Assembly: GCF_030028105.1 (NCBI RefSeq) | Contig: NC_092384.1 | Span: 17,367,629 to 17,431,628 of the forward strand | Direction: 5' to 3' | DNA from: Mobula birostris | Taxonomy: Eukaryota | Length of the DNA stretch: 64,000 bases | Program-made: the position numbers and the translations under genes | In this document: one piece after another, positions 62,850 to 64,000 of the stretch | Numbering within the stretch: position 1 is the stretch's first letter | How the letters are laid out: each line of letters begins with the position of its first letter | Notes under the pieces: generated by a model | Database searches by the model: none | The model's input: only the letters and a program-made list of their open reading frames with translations | What the model was told of the DNA's origin: nothing

Positions 62850-64000
62850 TTTCGCTCTGTCTGCAGTAGCCACCCGGAGCTCACTGTTGCCCGACTCCCC
62901 GTAGATCTTCATGCCCTAACTAATCAAGAACCTATCAACTTCTGCTTTAAATATCCATAAAGACTTCGTTTCCATAGCTGCCTGCGGCAAAAAATTCCAT
63001 AGGTTTACCATTCTCTTTTTAAGGCCTTCCTCCTCATCTCCTCTATTCTGAAGCTGCAACCTCTGGTCTTAGACTTTCCTACCATAGGAACATCCTCTCC
63101 ACATCCACATTATCAAGTACTTTCACCTTTAAATAGGGTTCAATACAGTCGGCTCTTATTTTCTGAATTCCAGTGAAAACAGGCCAGAGCCATAAAAGAC
63201 TCTTCATTGGATTAGCTAATGAATTCTGGAATCATTGTGAAGAACCTCCTTTGAGCCCTCTCCAGTTTCGGCACATGCCTTCCAAGATAAGGGGCTTAAA
63301 ACTGCTCACAATACGCCGTGACACCTCACCAGTGCTTTATAAAGTCTTGATATTACATCATTGCTCTTATATTCCAGTCCTCTTGAAATTAATGCTATCA
63401 TTGCATTTGCTTTCCTGCCCACAGACTCAATCTGCAAATTAACCTGTATGGAATACTGCACACGGACTCCCAAGTCCCTTTGCACCTCAATGTTTTAGAT
63501 TTTCGTTCCAGTTAGAAAATAGTCAAACCTTTCATACCGTCCACCAAAGTGCATGACCACATACTTCTCGACACTGTATTCCATCCGCCATTTCATTGCC
63601 TATTCTCCTAGTCTGCATAAGTCCTTCTGTTGCCTCTCTATTTCCTAAAACCCACCTGCCTGTCCACCTATCTTCATATTGACTGCAGACTTTGCAACAA
63701 AGCCATCAATTCCATCATCCATATCACTGACACACAACCTTAAATGAATCAGTCACAACACAGATCCCTGTGGAACACCGTTCGTCACGGACAGCCAACC
63801 AGAAAATGCTTCCTTTATTCCCATTCTTTGTCCCTTACCAACCAGCCACTACTTTCTCCACCCTTGAATCTTTCCTGTGATACTTTGACCTTGTAGCTTG
63901 TTAAACAGCCTTTTGTGTGGTACGTTGTCAGAGGCCTTCTGAAAATCCAAGTACGCAACAATCGATTCTCCCTACCGTATCTGACCTGTTTTTCATTCCT
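62850..64000 (-). mobile_element. CR1 ORF2 3' region, running off the window end
   Basis: ggtcttagactt..cccaccataggaaacatcc, cagatccctgtggaacacc, aggccttctgaaaatccaagta are reverse-strand CR1 RT motifs. Confidence 0.8.

Noticed and set aside
61942-62850. Possible V-domain exon upstream of C1
   Set aside because: Minus-strand frames show no C..W..C V-set pattern. The best acceptor (ttttctgcag at ~62490) hits a stop after seven codons.

Overview
Eukaryotic, vertebrate genomic DNA with no prokaryotic features. The repeat families (CR1 with microsatellite tails, a V-SINE fragment, Penelope-derived elements) suggest a cartilaginous fish, probably a ray; this is inference. Well over half the window is transposon-derived: CR1, Rex1/Babar, RTE/BovB-like, Tc1, hAT-Charlie, Gypsy-type LTRs and Penelope remnants. 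One host gene can be reconstructed, on the minus strand: an Ig C1-set exon (60326-60033), a TM exon (59428-59330), a 44-nt cytoplasmic exon (58693-58650) and a terminal exon with ITIM plus ITSM (53936-53805). Splice phases are all compatible, giving a SIRP-like non-rearranging inhibitory receptor. No leader or V exon was found, so they probably lie beyond the window end. The 3' half of this locus has been tandemly duplicated in roughly 24-32 kb units, leaving two more copies of the 44-nt exon. There are also two copies of an orphan cassette of small tyrosine-motif cytoplasmic exons, partly decayed and with no ectodomain of its own. An old inverted duplication (about 11950-13690 vs 19200-22010) brackets a non-autonomous LTR-int-LTR-int-LTR array whose primer site is complementary to the predicted transcript start, as in Tf1/sushi self-priming. 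All alignments and translations were done by eye; repeat boundaries are approximate unless a TSD or TIR is quoted.
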